Below, piece by piece: positions 9,656 to 19,492 of a stretch of 36,589 nucleotides of DNA. The position numbers and the translations under genes are program-made. Source of the stretch: Candidatus Zixiibacteriota bacterium. Its GTDB lineage: Bacteria; Zixibacteria; MSB-5A5; GN15; FEB-12. The first letter of the stretch is position 1. Each line of letters begins with the position of its first letter. The notes beneath the pieces were generated by a model that saw nothing but the letters and a program-made list of their open reading frames with translations, did not search any database and had not been told where the DNA came from. The stretch spans positions 1 through 36,589 of the forward strand of contig JBGSIV010000169.1 of the NCBI GenBank assembly GCA_041742355.1, read 5' to 3'.

Positions 9656-10366
9656 CAGACTCTCGATCCGGGCGATATCCTCGTTGGCCTTCAGGTAGTC
9701 CTCGACCCGGCCGATATCGAGCCAGTAACCGTCGAACGGATACGTCACGATCGGCTCGCCGCATTCCAGCAGCCGGAGCATCAGCTGATCGAATCCGAAC
9801 GCCTCTCCCCGTGGCACGAACCGGAGCACCTCCCGCGAAAACACGTACACTCCCGCGGACACGGTGTACTGCTGCGATGGCTTCTCGGCAAATCCCGTTA
9901 CCAGCCCCGTCGCTCCCACTTCCATCACCCCGTAGTCGATCCGGTGCTCCCTCTGGCAGGTCGCCACAGTCACCATCGCTCCATTCTCGACATGGTGCGT
10001 GTACAGGCGGCGGTAGTCCAGGTCCGTGAGGATGTCGCCGTTGAGTACAAGGAAGTGCTCCGGCAGGTCCGGTATGAGCGTCAGCGGTCCGACAGTCGAC
10101 AACGGGCGATCTTCGTGGGAGTAAGCGAGTTCCATGCCGAGCGCACTGCCGTCGCCGAGCGCGCTCGTAATCAAGTGGGCGAGATGGTTGACGGCGAGGC
10201 GAATCCGGGTGATTTCATGGCGGCGCAACGTGTGCAGCAGGATCTCGATGATCGGCCGTTCCCCAATCCGCACCAGCGGTTTCGGCACCTCCGCCGTATA
10301 CGGTTGGAGCCGCGTTCCCTGGCCCCCGGCCAGAATCACCGCCTGGATGTGTGTGTGCTCCTTCAT
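9635..10366 (-). CDS. Sugar-phosphate nucleotidyltransferase (NTP_transferase family)
   Basis: ILAGGQGTRLQPYT..PKPL, LNGDI, EKP, WLDIG. Confidence 0.92.
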   Translation of the reverse strand: MKEHTHIQAVILAGGQGTRLQPYTAEVPKPLVRIGERPIIEILLHTLRRHEITRIRLAVNHLAHLITSALGDGSALGMELAYSHEDRPLSTVGPLTLIPDLPEHFLVLNGDILTDLDYRRLYTHHVENGAMVTVATCQREHRIDYGVMEVGATGLVTGFAEKPSQQYTVSAGVYVFSREVLRFVPRGEAFGFDQLMLRLLECGEPIVTYPFDGYWLDIGRVEDYLKANEDIARIESLLLADLR

Positions 10367-10372
10367 GCAACT

Positions 10373-11359
10373 TCAGCCGTTCCGGTAGCCCGGGTGTTCG
10401 GCGTTGGTGATTATCCCCTGGGCCAGTGCCGCAATGATCTCCCGAACTCCGTCGACCACCTTTTTCCGCGGAATGAACCCGAGCGCATCGCGGATCCGGT
10501 CGCAATTCACCCGGTAGTCGCGCGGATCCTCCTCGCGCTGTACGAAAGAGACCAGTTCGGCCCGGTCGGGCAACTCCCGCAGGATCAGATCGACGAGGTC
10601 CTTCTTGCGGTAGTTTTCCGCCGTGTGCCCGACATTGAACGCCTGCCCCCCCACCGCTTCCGCCGGCGCCAGGAGCGCCAGGTAACAGGCCTGGGCCAGA
10701 TCGGTCGTATGGCAGTAGGGCCGCCAGAAGCCCTCGCCGAACACCTCGAGCCGTTTGTGCAGGTATAGATCCCTCGTGAATTCGTTGACCGTGAGGTCGA
10801 ACCGTGGCCGGGCAGAGAGTCCATAAGCTGTGGCAAAGCGCAGGCAGACCGCGCTCAGCTTGTCGGGATCGACCGCCATCAGTATCCGCTCGAATCCCAC
10901 CTTGAGTTCGGCGTAGAGCGAAATCGGCCGCAGGGGCGACCGCTCGTCGCACATGGCTGTGTCACCCATCTTACCGTAATTGGAGCAGGTCGACGCGAAG
11001 ATGAACCGCCTGACACCGGCAGCCTGCGCTTCGTGCAGGAGCGACTCGGCAGCCTGCTTGTTCACCGCCGTCGCCAGTTCCGGTTGCTGCCGGCAGGCCG
11101 GATCACCGACAATCGCCGCGAGATGCACGACGCTGTCGACCCCGGCCAGCGCCGTATCAATATCCCCCGGTCGTCGCAGGTCTCCATGGAGAAACTCAAA
11201 GCAGGGATCTCCCAGCAGACCGAGGAGCGCTTCACCGCCGAACGACAGGTTGTCTATAACGCGAACACGCAGCCCACTGCGCAGCAGGAGCCGCACCAGT
11301 ACCGAGCCGATGTATCCGGCCCCGCCGGTTACGAGCACTGTCTGCGGGCTGGTTTGCAT
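10373..11359 (-). CDS. NAD-dependent nucleotide-sugar epimerase/dehydratase (extended SDR)
   Basis: TGGAGYIGS, HLAAIVGDP, STCSNYG, YxxxK (YAELK), LRFAT. Confidence 0.93.
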   Translation of the reverse strand: MQTSPQTVLVTGGAGYIGSVLVRLLLRSGLRVRVIDNLSFGGEALLGLLGDPCFEFLHGDLRRPGDIDTALAGVDSVVHLAAIVGDPACRQQPELATAVNKQAAESLLHEAQAAGVRRFIFASTCSNYGKMGDTAMCDERSPLRPISLYAELKVGFERILMAVDPDKLSAVCLRFATAYGLSARPRFDLTVNEFTRDLYLHKRLEVFGEGFWRPYCHTTDLAQACYLALLAPAEAVGGQAFNVGHTAENYRKKDLVDLILRELPDRAELVSFVQREEDPRDYRVNCDRIRDALGFIPRKKVVDGVREIIAALAQGIITNAEHPGYRNG

Positions 11360-11368
11360 ACGGTCCGA

Positions 11369-13558
11369 TCAGGATCTCAACTTGGACAGGACATCTTTTG
11401 CTTCAATGAGCGCTTCCCCGACCAGCCCCTTGTCGATCGCTTCCTGCAGTCGGTTCTTCGCCTCCACGGGTTTCTGCTCCATGTAGAGCGCCATACCGAG
11501 ACAGAACAGGGGCAGCGGTTCACCTGCGAACGAGCGGGTCATTTTGCTCGCTTCCCCCCGGGCCAGATCGAAGCGCCCGGTCTTCAGGTAGACGTAGCTG
11601 AGGTTACACCACTCGTTGATACCCTGGTTGGAGTCGAACACCGCCCGCCGGGCGAGATCCTGCGCTTTGTTGGCATCCCGCCCCTGCAGAGCCAGAAGCC
11701 GGGCCAGCCAGTAATTGGAGGGGACATGGAATTGATCGATCTCGATGTTCCGTTGCAGCAGCGCGATCGCCTCGTCCGTCTGACCCATCAGGTAGAGAGC
11801 CCGGGCGCGCTGCGCCGCGGCATCGACGAGATCCGGTTTCACCTGCAGCACGGCATCGGCCAACGCCAGCCCTGCTTCTTTCTCGCCGATATCGACTTTC
11901 AATGTCGCAGCCAGAGTCAGCAGGTGCGCATTCTGCCCTCCGTTCTCTTTGAGCCAGTCGGCGAACTGCCCCATCTGAGCGGTCGACCAGTGCTTGCGCA
12001 GCGCCTGGTACATCTGGCGGTGCAGCTTTTCATCCCCGCGCGCCATCGGCGCATTCATGGCGTACACATCCATCCCTCGTTCGACCATTCCACCCTCAAC
12101 CAGGCAGATTCCCTCGAGCATTGCCAGTTGCGGGAAGCGTTCCGGGAAGTGCGCGTAAGTTTCGAAGAGCTTCGCAATGTCGTCGTACCGGCCGAGGAAG
12201 CGGTAGGTCGCCACCCACTTGGCGAACGCCGGCTGGTACCATGGGTTCAATTCGAGCGCCTGGGTGAAATACTCGGCCATCTTGTCGTAGTCGTGCACCT
12301 CGCGGTCGGCGTAGATAGTACCCAGCCCCGTCACCCAGTCAACCTGGTTGCGGTGGAACTTGAGAATTTCGTCAACCAACTGGTTGAACTCCTCGACGCG
12401 CCCCGACTCGTAGAGCGCCAGCGTGAAGAGCGAACGCAAGGGGGCCCGGTTTTGGAACTTCGGCCGCACGTCTTTCAAAAACGGAATTCCCATCGTGCCC
12501 TGCAGCCAGGAACCGGCCTGGAGGCCCAGGAGGTAGAACATCACTTCCTGAAATTCAGGATCGTATCCCTCGCGCACGAGCAGGGCGGAGAGCACCTGGT
12601 AGTTGTTCATGAGCGCGAGTTCGTCGGACGCCTTGATCTTGATCTCCGATTCGTACATGCGGGTGGAGATATTTGCGTCCCCCTGGATATTTGACTGATC
12701 GATCGCTTCCTTTGCCAGGGTGACCGTGCCCGCGGCGTCATACCGGAACGCCTCGAGGAGCTTCACAACCCCGACCGGGACTTCGTTCGAGCGAAGCTGG
12801 GCCAGGACATTGTCCACTTCTAAGAAATAGTTGTTTCGGGTCGCGAGGCGGGCATGTCGTACCGCCTGATCGAAATTGTTCTTCGACGCTGTCAGGGCCT
12901 TGCGGCTCATCACCACCGCCGAGTCCACCAACCCGAGCGCTTCGAGGTAGTTGGCCGCTTCGGCATACACCTCCGCCCTGCCGTCGGCCCCAACCAGACC
13001 GGCCTCGTAAACCGAATCCGCCTGGTGCGGCATGTCCTCGACAATGTACGCCCGCGCGTGAATCATGGCCGCTACCGAGGCATCCACACCCTGTGTCACC
13101 GCCGTATCCAGGTAGGCATGCGCCCGCCCGGCCAGTTCGCTCCGAATCATCGTCAGCGCCATCGCCACCGCCGCTACCCCGTCCTGCGGCAGCAGCTTGC
13201 GGTACTCGGTCGCCTCCATCATCGCTTCCGGCATCAGGTTCAGTTCCATATACATACGCCAGGCAGCAATATGGGCATCGGCGAACGACGGATGGGAATT
13301 GGTGATCGCGACATACTCGCCGAGCGCGTCGTAAAAGTGCAGACGCCGCTCGTGCGCCAACCCTGTGACGAACCGGGCCATGGGAGAACCGGGGACAGCC
13401 TGAGACAACTGCTGGCCGACTGCCTGTGCCTCGTCGAATTTGAATTCGTCAAGCGCCTCCACGGCATCGCCGTACAACCGCTTCTGCTTTTCTTCGGGGG
13501 ATTTGCTGCATCCGGTTATAAGAACAATGAGAGAGAGCGCTATCAGGAGGTGTTTCAT
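11369..13558 (-). CDS. Tetratricopeptide-repeat lipoprotein
   Basis: Lipobox LITGC after a hydrophobic signal; all-helical TPR-like repeats (LGTIY..., YFTQALELNP, LGMALY). Confidence 0.85.
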   Translation of the reverse strand: MKHLLIALSLIVLITGCSKSPEEKQKRLYGDAVEALDEFKFDEAQAVGQQLSQAVPGSPMARFVTGLAHERRLHFYDALGEYVAITNSHPSFADAHIAAWRMYMELNLMPEAMMEATEYRKLLPQDGVAAVAMALTMIRSELAGRAHAYLDTAVTQGVDASVAAMIHARAYIVEDMPHQADSVYEAGLVGADGRAEVYAEAANYLEALGLVDSAVVMSRKALTASKNNFDQAVRHARLATRNNYFLEVDNVLAQLRSNEVPVGVVKLLEAFRYDAAGTVTLAKEAIDQSNIQGDANISTRMYESEIKIKASDELALMNNYQVLSALLVREGYDPEFQEVMFYLLGLQAGSWLQGTMGIPFLKDVRPKFQNRAPLRSLFTLALYESGRVEEFNQLVDEILKFHRNQVDWVTGLGTIYADREVHDYDKMAEYFTQALELNPWYQPAFAKWVATYRFLGRYDDIAKLFETYAHFPERFPQLAMLEGICLVEGGMVERGMDVYAMNAPMARGDEKLHRQMYQALRKHWSTAQMGQFADWLKENGGQNAHLLTLAATLKVDIGEKEAGLALADAVLQVKPDLVDAAAQRARALYLMGQTDEAIALLQRNIEIDQFHVPSNYWLARLLALQGRDANKAQDLARRAVFDSNQGINEWCNLSYVYLKTGRFDLARGEASKMTRSFAGEPLPLFCLGMALYMEQKPVEAKNRLQEAIDKGLVGEALIEAKDVLSKLRS

Positions 13559-13805
13559 ACGTCGTCTCTTCAGAATAGTGGTATGCGTTGTCAGGCTGAA
13601 CCGATTCCGGCCCGCCGGCGCGAACTACTGAATTTACATCATTTTACCCGCCTGCCAACAAATATTTCCCAACGAAGAACGACAGGCGCTTTCATCCCCC
13701 GATGGGACAGGTGCTTACCGGCCCCTACCCACAGCGATCGCGCCACCGATGCCTCCCGTCTGCCGTCAGCGCAGAAAAAACGACGCCGATTATTCCGACT
13801 TTTTG

Positions 13806-13835
13806 TTGACGCTTCCCGGTCGAATGATGCACTAT
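13806..13835 (+). promoter_or_regulatory. Putative sigma70 promoter giving a leaderless DUF4416 mRNA
   Basis: TTGACG-18 bp-CACTAT, ATG 6 nt downstream, no SD. Confidence 0.5.
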
Positions 13836-13841
13836 TCATCC

Positions 13842-14405
13842 ATGGCGCGAATTCAGAAACCACCCGCTGGACGATTGTTTGTCTCGATAATCTACTCGTC
13901 CATGGATGCCCTCGCCGACAGCCTGAAGGCCCTCGAACGCCGATTCGGACGCGTGCAGTACGAGACGGTTGAAATCGCCTGCACCCAGAAGGACACGTAC
14001 CGCGAGGAGATGGGCGAGAATCTCCAGCGGCGGCTGTTCTCGTTCGAACGGATGTTTCCCCGCGACACGCTGGCGGAAATCAAAGGGGTTTGCCACCGGA
14101 TCGAACCGCAGTTTGCCGATGTCGTCGGGGATTTCGTGTTCCGGACGGTCAATATCGATCCGGGCATAGTCACCCCCGACCAGATCGTAACCGCCTCCCA
14201 CCGGGAGTTCAACCACCGGCTGTATGTCGGCGAAGGGGTCTACGCACAGGTGGAGTTGATCTGGGCGCGCGGGCAGTACCACCGCCTCCCCTGGACCAAC
14301 CCTGACTACTGCGAAGGGGAAGCGATCGAGTTCTTCCGCCGCATCCGCAACAGCTTCGACAACGCCGCGGAACGCGAGCAGCTCGCCAGCGGCCAGGCAT
14401 CGTGA
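13842..14405 (+). CDS. DUF4416 family protein
   Basis: Y.EEMG..L.R..FSFE, RTVNIDPG, HRLYVGEGVYA, WTNPDY motifs; start at ATG 13842. Confidence 0.8.
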   Translation: MARIQKPPAGRLFVSIIYSSMDALADSLKALERRFGRVQYETVEIACTQKDTYREEMGENLQRRLFSFERMFPRDTLAEIKGVCHRIEPQFADVVGDFVFRTVNIDPGIVTPDQIVTASHREFNHRLYVGEGVYAQVELIWARGQYHRLPWTNPDYCEGEAIEFFRRIRNSFDNAAEREQLASGQAS

Positions 14406-14626
14406 CGGCCGGGTGCCCCGGGCCCTCGACTGTCACTCTCCATCCCGTTTTTTAATTTCCTTTTTTCCGCTCATTAATCACATTGAACCAAAGGACTGTC
14501 ATAATCGTGTAATGGTAGGTCACACACCGCGCCGCGACCCCGGCCCGCCGCCACGCCTGTGAGTCAGGGCGTGACGCCCTGACCGCGCCGCACGAACGAC
14601 CTGCACAGGCAAGGACAAACATACCG

Positions 14627-15889
14627 ATGGACAAATTCGTCATTAACGGAGCGCGGCCGCTCTCCGGGCAGTTGAAAGTCGAAGGATCGAAAAACGCCGC
14701 CCTGCCCATCATCTTCGGCACCCTGCTCATCAGTAAAGGTGAATCCGTCATTCGCAATATCCCGCCGCTGCGGGACATTTATACGACGATCAAAGTGATG
14801 GAGTACCTCGGCGCGAAGATCAGCTATGATCCGGAAGCGATGGTCATGACGGTCAACGCCGAGCACATCACTGAGAACACCGCCCCCTACGACCTCATGC
14901 GCCAGATGCGGGCTTCGTTTCTCGTCCTCGGCCCGGTGCTCGCCCGCCTCGGTTCGGCACGCGTTTCACTGCCCGGCGGCTGCGTTCTGGGCGCCCGCCC
15001 GGTCGACTTCCATATCAAGGGCTTCCGCGCCCTCGGCGCCAAGGTCACCGAAGAGGCCGGCTATGTCCTCGCCGAGGCCAAGCCTGTCCGCGGCGGTTCC
15101 ATGTACTTCGACCGCCCCTCGCACACCGGCACCGAAAACCTCCTCTTCGGCACTGTCTTCGCCAAAGACAAGACGTACATTGCCAACGCCGCCTGTGATC
15201 CCGAGGTCCTCGATGTCGCCAACTTCCTCAATGAGGCGGGCGCGAAAGTCCATGGCGCCGGCACCCCGAATGTCGTCGTGGAGCCGGTCAAGCGTCTCCA
15301 CGCGGTCGATTACACGGTTTCGGGCGATCGCCTCGTCGCCGGGACCTACCTTATGGCCGGCGCCATCACCGGTGGCGAGGTCAAGGTGACCGGCTGCAAC
15401 CCGGAAGACATGCGGGTCGTGTTGCACAAGCTCGCCGAAATGGGTTGCGAGCACAAATCCACCCGGAACGGCATTCAAGTCAAGGGACCGAAACGGCTTG
15501 GCCCGGTTAGGGTGACGACTTTCCCTTTCCCCGGCTTCCCAACCGACTTGCAGGCGTGTATTATGGCTCTTGCCTGCGTGGCCGAGGGAACATCCCACAT
15601 CCGCGAGACTGTTTTTGAAGATAGGTTTAATCATACCATGGAGATGCGTCGGCTCGGCGCCGATATAAACGTTTCCTCCGACGAAGCCGTCATTAATGGT
15701 GTGAAAGAACTCAGAGGTGCGGCCGTGATGTGCTCCGACATTCGCGCCGGCGCCGGAATTGTCCTGACCGGCCTGGCCGCCCACGGCCAGTCGGAGATCC
15801 TCCGAGTCTATCATATCGACCGGGGGTATAACCGGATAGAGGAGAAGTTGCGCGCCCTCGGAGCCGATATTACCAGAGTATCGGAATGA
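14627..15889 (+). CDS. murA: UDP-N-acetylglucosamine 1-carboxyvinyltransferase
   Basis: GSKNAALP, MRAS, LPGGC.LGARPVDFH, FPGFPTDLQA, DIRAGA, HIDRGY. Confidence 0.97.
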   Translation: MDKFVINGARPLSGQLKVEGSKNAALPIIFGTLLISKGESVIRNIPPLRDIYTTIKVMEYLGAKISYDPEAMVMTVNAEHITENTAPYDLMRQMRASFLVLGPVLARLGSARVSLPGGCVLGARPVDFHIKGFRALGAKVTEEAGYVLAEAKPVRGGSMYFDRPSHTGTENLLFGTVFAKDKTYIANAACDPEVLDVANFLNEAGAKVHGAGTPNVVVEPVKRLHAVDYTVSGDRLVAGTYLMAGAITGGEVKVTGCNPEDMRVVLHKLAEMGCEHKSTRNGIQVKGPKRLGPVRVTTFPFPGFPTDLQACIMALACVAEGTSHIRETVFEDRFNHTMEMRRLGADINVSSDEAVINGVKELRGAAVMCSDIRAGAGIVLTGLAAHGQSEILRVYHIDRGYNRIEEKLRALGADITRVSE

Positions 15890-16013
15890 GCCGTCGACTC
15901 AACGATCTCATGGCCCGTACCGCCGTCCCGACCGGTCTCAGGCTCGCCCCGGACCGATCTCCCTGACGGCATTGCCCCGGATCGCCGGGAATAACCGAAA
16001 AGGTGATTGTAAG

Positions 16014-19000
16014 ATGCGAAAAATCCTCCTGCTCGCTTCCCTCCTGGCCTTCGTTGCCGCCGTTCCCTCCGGGGCACAAGAAACGTACTTCGGCAAGAAC
16101 AAGGTCCGGTACAAGGATTTCGAATGGAAGTTTATCCAAACCAAACACTTCGATATCCACTTCTATGAGGAGGCCTACCCTACCGCCAAGTTCGCCGCGG
16201 CCGTCCTCGAGTCCGCCTATGTCGAAATCACCAGCGAGCTGGGCTACTACCTCCAGGAGCCGGTCCCGGTTTTTGTCTACAACTCCCACAACGATTTCCA
16301 GCAGACCAACATAACGTCCGGCCTCATCCCTGAAGGGGTCGGCGGCTTCACCGAGGCTTTCAAGAAGCGTATTGTCATCCCCTTCACCGGCTCCTACGAA
16401 GACTACCGCCACGTCCTTCACCACGAGCTGACCCACGCCGTGGTCTACGACATGCTCTTCGGCAATTCCCTGTCCTCCCTCATTTCGCGCAACCGGCTGT
16501 TCAACCTGCCGCTGTGGTACGCCGAGGGCTACGCCGAGTACTCCTCCCGCCACGGCTGGGACTACTGGGCCGACATGGTCGTCCGCGATGCCACTATCAA
16601 CAACTACCTCGCCCCGCCCGACTACATCGGCGGCTATCTTGCCTACAAGCAGGGCCAGGCGATGATCAAGTTCATTGCCGAGAAGTACGGTGAGGACAAA
16701 CTCGGCGAAGTCCTGCGCAAAGGAAAAGTCTTTCTGACCATGGACCGCGCTCTCAAAGAAGCGATAGGTATTGACCAGGAGAAGCTCTGGAAAGAATTCT
16801 CGCTCGAAATGAAGCGACGCTACTGGCCGGAAATCGCGAACCGCAAGAATGTCGATGAGGCTGCCCGCCAGTTGACCAAGGCCCGCAAGGACGGCTCCTA
16901 CTTCAACGAAGAACCGGCCTACTCCCCCGAGGGCGACAAGATTGCAATCTTCACCGACCGCTCCGACTACACCGAGGTTGTCCTGCTCTCGGCCGCCGAC
17001 GGCCGCAGGCTCAAAACTCTCGTGAAAGCCGAACGCTCCGGTGACTTTGAGTCGCTCCACTCTTACGTCTCCGGCATGTCCTGGTCACCCGACGGCCGCA
17101 GCCTCGTGTTTGTCGCAAAATCCGACGGGGGTGACGCTCTGTTCATCCACAACGTCCGCAAAGGAGATGTCGAGCGCAAGATCCCGCTCCCCTACTACAA
17201 CGTCGTGTCTCCGGCCTGGTCGCCCGATGGAAAGAAGATCGCGTTTGCCGCCCTCAAGAACTACAAGCGGGACATCTTCGTGTACGACCTCGACGCCAAC
17301 GCGGTGACGCAGATCACCGACGACCGTTACGATGACAATTACCCGAGCTGGATGCCCGGCTCCGATGCCCTCGTTTTCTCCTCGGACCGGTCGCACCCGC
17401 AGACGCCCGATGTCTCGACCGGCGAAAACCCGTATGCCCACCCCGGCGCCCTCATGCCGGGTGACTTCGCCTATGGCTACTACAACATCTTCCGCGTCGA
17501 CCTGGCGAACCACATGGTCGAGCCGATCGATGTCGGACCGGGCCAGAACAAAGTCCCGAAGGTCTCCCCTGATGGCGCCCGGCTGGCCTTCATTTCCAAT
17601 CGCAACGGCATCGACAATCTCTACGTCGCTGTGCTCGAATCGGGCCAGCACTATGCCGTGACCGACATCCTCACCGGTATCAAATCTCTCTCCTGGTCGC
17701 CGGACGGCCAGAAGATCGCCTTTGGCGCCTTCCACCAGGCCGCCTTCGATATCTTCGTCCTCGAGGACCTTCAGCCCGCCGGGGACCATGGCACCCTCGC
17801 GCTGACCGCCTACATGAAGGGGGAGTACGACCTCTTCGCCACGAACGAAGCTGCGAAGGCAAAGGACAAAGCCGACAGCGCCGCGGCGGACTCCCTTGCG
17901 ACCGAAATTCCGGTCGGTGACAGCACCCTGGTTGCAGTCGACACCACTGTCATCGCTGCTGCTGATTCAACCGTGCCGGTCGATTCTGCCGCGACGAGCC
18001 TGCCCGATAGCAGCCTTGCCGCATCTGCCGAAGCCGCCGTTCCGATTGAGTCGGCGTCACTCGCTGCGGACACAGCCGTCTTGGCGGCAGATTCAGCGGT
18101 TGCCTCCGCGGATTCTTCCATCGCAGATTCCAGCGCTGCCGACACCACGGGTGTTATCAAGAAGACCGGTGTGTACGGCGGCGAGTACGTTTTCGTCGCG
18201 GATCCGAAGGTCGATCCGCTCGATTCCGTCCTCATGACGGTGGAAACCGATTCGGTCCTCGCTCTGCGCGCCGGACGGACCGAACCGGAGTTGTTCAGCG
18301 AGCGCCCGACCGCACCGGCCGACGGTGAGTTCGATGCCCAGGACTACAAGACCAAGTTCACGGCCGACTACGTCGGCGGCGGCGTCGCCTACGACTCGTT
18401 CTTCGGTCTGCGAGGCCAGACCTACTTCATCTTCTCCGACTACCTCGGCAATCACCAGATTTCGATCGCGACCGACCTGGTCAACACGCTCGACCAGTCA
18501 TACATCCAGGCCTACTACTTGAACAGCAAGTACCGCACAAATATCGGCGTCGGTCTGTTCCATACGAAGAACTTCTACCTCGACTCGGACGATTTCCTCT
18601 TCTCCGACCGCTTCTACGGCGTGCAGCTCTTCGCCAGCCGTCCCTTCTCGACTTTCGCGCGCGTCCAGTTCGGCGCCGCCCAGTACTTCATCGATCGCGA
18701 CTACCACGACTTTGATGATCCGCGCACGGCTCGCAGTTCCAAGGTGACTGTCGGTGAATTGTCCTACGTCACAGACAATATCGTCTGGGGCATCACCGGA
18801 CCCGTCAACGGACGGCGGGCCCGAATCAACCTCGAGGCCGGCGTCAACCTCTTCGATGCGAACGACATCTCTTTCCAGGCCCTTAACCTCGATTACCGTA
18901 AGTACTGGCACTTCAAGAAGACGTTTTCGATGGCCCTGCGCCTCACCGGCGGCGCGTCGTTCGGCACGACTCCCAAGCAGTACTTCCTCGGCGGAACGAC

Positions 19001-19436
19001 CAACTGGATCGGCAACCGAACGCTCGATGCCCGGGTCTACGACGTTGAGAACCTGTACTTCGCCGATGTCATCACACCGCTCCGGGGTATCGAGTACTAC
19101 GAGCTTTCGGGCAATCGCTACGCCCTCATGAACTGGGAGTTCCGCTTCCCGCTGATCGACATCTTTGTGATGCGCTTCCCCCTCGGCCTCGCTATTACCG
19201 ACATTCAGGGCGCCATCTTCACCGACATGGGCGCCGCCTGGAATGAGGAGAACTTCAAGGGCGGAACATCCGAAGGCGGTCGCAAGCGCCTCAATGACAT
19301 CAAGACAGGGTTCGGCTTCGGCATGCGCGCCAACCTCGGCTTCTTTCTCCTGCGCTACGACCTCGCGTGGAACACCAACTTCTACGATGTCTCTCCCCAC
19401 CCGACATCGTACTTCTCCTTCGGCGCCGATTTCTAG
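16014..19436 (+). CDS. Secreted fusion: MA-clan zinc metallopeptidase-like domain + PD40/TolB-like propeller + low-complexity linker + Omp85/BamA-type beta-barrel
   Basis: Signal peptide; HELTH (HExxH) and WYAEGYAEY; repeated P.WSPDG; C-terminal LRG, NWEFRFP, GFGFGMRAN, RYDLAW, FSFGADF; start ATG 16014. Confidence 0.88.
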   Translation: MRKILLLASLLAFVAAVPSGAQETYFGKNKVRYKDFEWKFIQTKHFDIHFYEEAYPTAKFAAAVLESAYVEITSELGYYLQEPVPVFVYNSHNDFQQTNITSGLIPEGVGGFTEAFKKRIVIPFTGSYEDYRHVLHHELTHAVVYDMLFGNSLSSLISRNRLFNLPLWYAEGYAEYSSRHGWDYWADMVVRDATINNYLAPPDYIGGYLAYKQGQAMIKFIAEKYGEDKLGEVLRKGKVFLTMDRALKEAIGIDQEKLWKEFSLEMKRRYWPEIANRKNVDEAARQLTKARKDGSYFNEEPAYSPEGDKIAIFTDRSDYTEVVLLSAADGRRLKTLVKAERSGDFESLHSYVSGMSWSPDGRSLVFVAKSDGGDALFIHNVRKGDVERKIPLPYYNVVSPAWSPDGKKIAFAALKNYKRDIFVYDLDANAVTQITDDRYDDNYPSWMPGSDALVFSSDRSHPQTPDVSTGENPYAHPGALMPGDFAYGYYNIFRVDLANHMVEPIDVGPGQNKVPKVSPDGARLAFISNRNGIDNLYVAVLESGQHYAVTDILTGIKSLSWSPDGQKIAFGAFHQAAFDIFVLEDLQPAGDHGTLALTAYMKGEYDLFATNEAAKAKDKADSAAADSLATEIPVGDSTLVAVDTTVIAAADSTVPVDSAATSLPDSSLAASAEAAVPIESASLAADTAVLAADSAVASADSSIADSSAADTTGVIKKTGVYGGEYVFVADPKVDPLDSVLMTVETDSVLALRAGRTEPELFSERPTAPADGEFDAQDYKTKFTADYVGGGVAYDSFFGLRGQTYFIFSDYLGNHQISIATDLVNTLDQSYIQAYYLNSKYRTNIGVGLFHTKNFYLDSDDFLFSDRFYGVQLFASRPFSTFARVQFGAAQYFIDRDYHDFDDPRTARSSKVTVGELSYVTDNIVWGITGPVNGRRARINLEAGVNLFDANDISFQALNLDYRKYWHFKKTFSMALRLTGGASFGTTPKQYFLGGTTNWIGNRTLDARVYDVENLYFADVITPLRGIEYYELSGNRYALMNWEFRFPLIDIFVMRFPLGLAITDIQGAIFTDMGAAWNEENFKGGTSEGGRKRLNDIKTGFGFGMRANLGFFLLRYDLAWNTNFYDVSPHPTSYFSFGADF
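17874..18149 (+). repeat. Low-complexity A/D/S/T linker with 12 D-(S/T) motifs
   Basis: DSA, DSL, DST, DTT, DST, DSA, DSS, DTA, DSA, DSS, DSS, DTT within about 92 aa. Confidence 0.85.
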
Positions 19437-19457
19437 CTCGGCCCCAGGTACAGACAG

Positions 19458-19492
19458 AAAAAACGCGGTCACTCGGTGACCGCGTTTTTTTT
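19458..19492. terminator. Bidirectional rho-independent terminator
   Basis: AAAAAACGCGGTCAC-TCG-GTGACCGCGTTTTTTTT perfect stem with A and T tracts. Confidence 0.92.

Noticed and set aside
11033..13972. 553-aa and 372-aa + strand ORFs
   Set aside because: Antisense to the TPR and epimerase genes; typical high-GC shadow frames
14960..15020. Possible fosfomycin-resistant MurA
   Set aside because: The active-site Cys is retained (LPGGCVLGARP), so this is an ordinary allele
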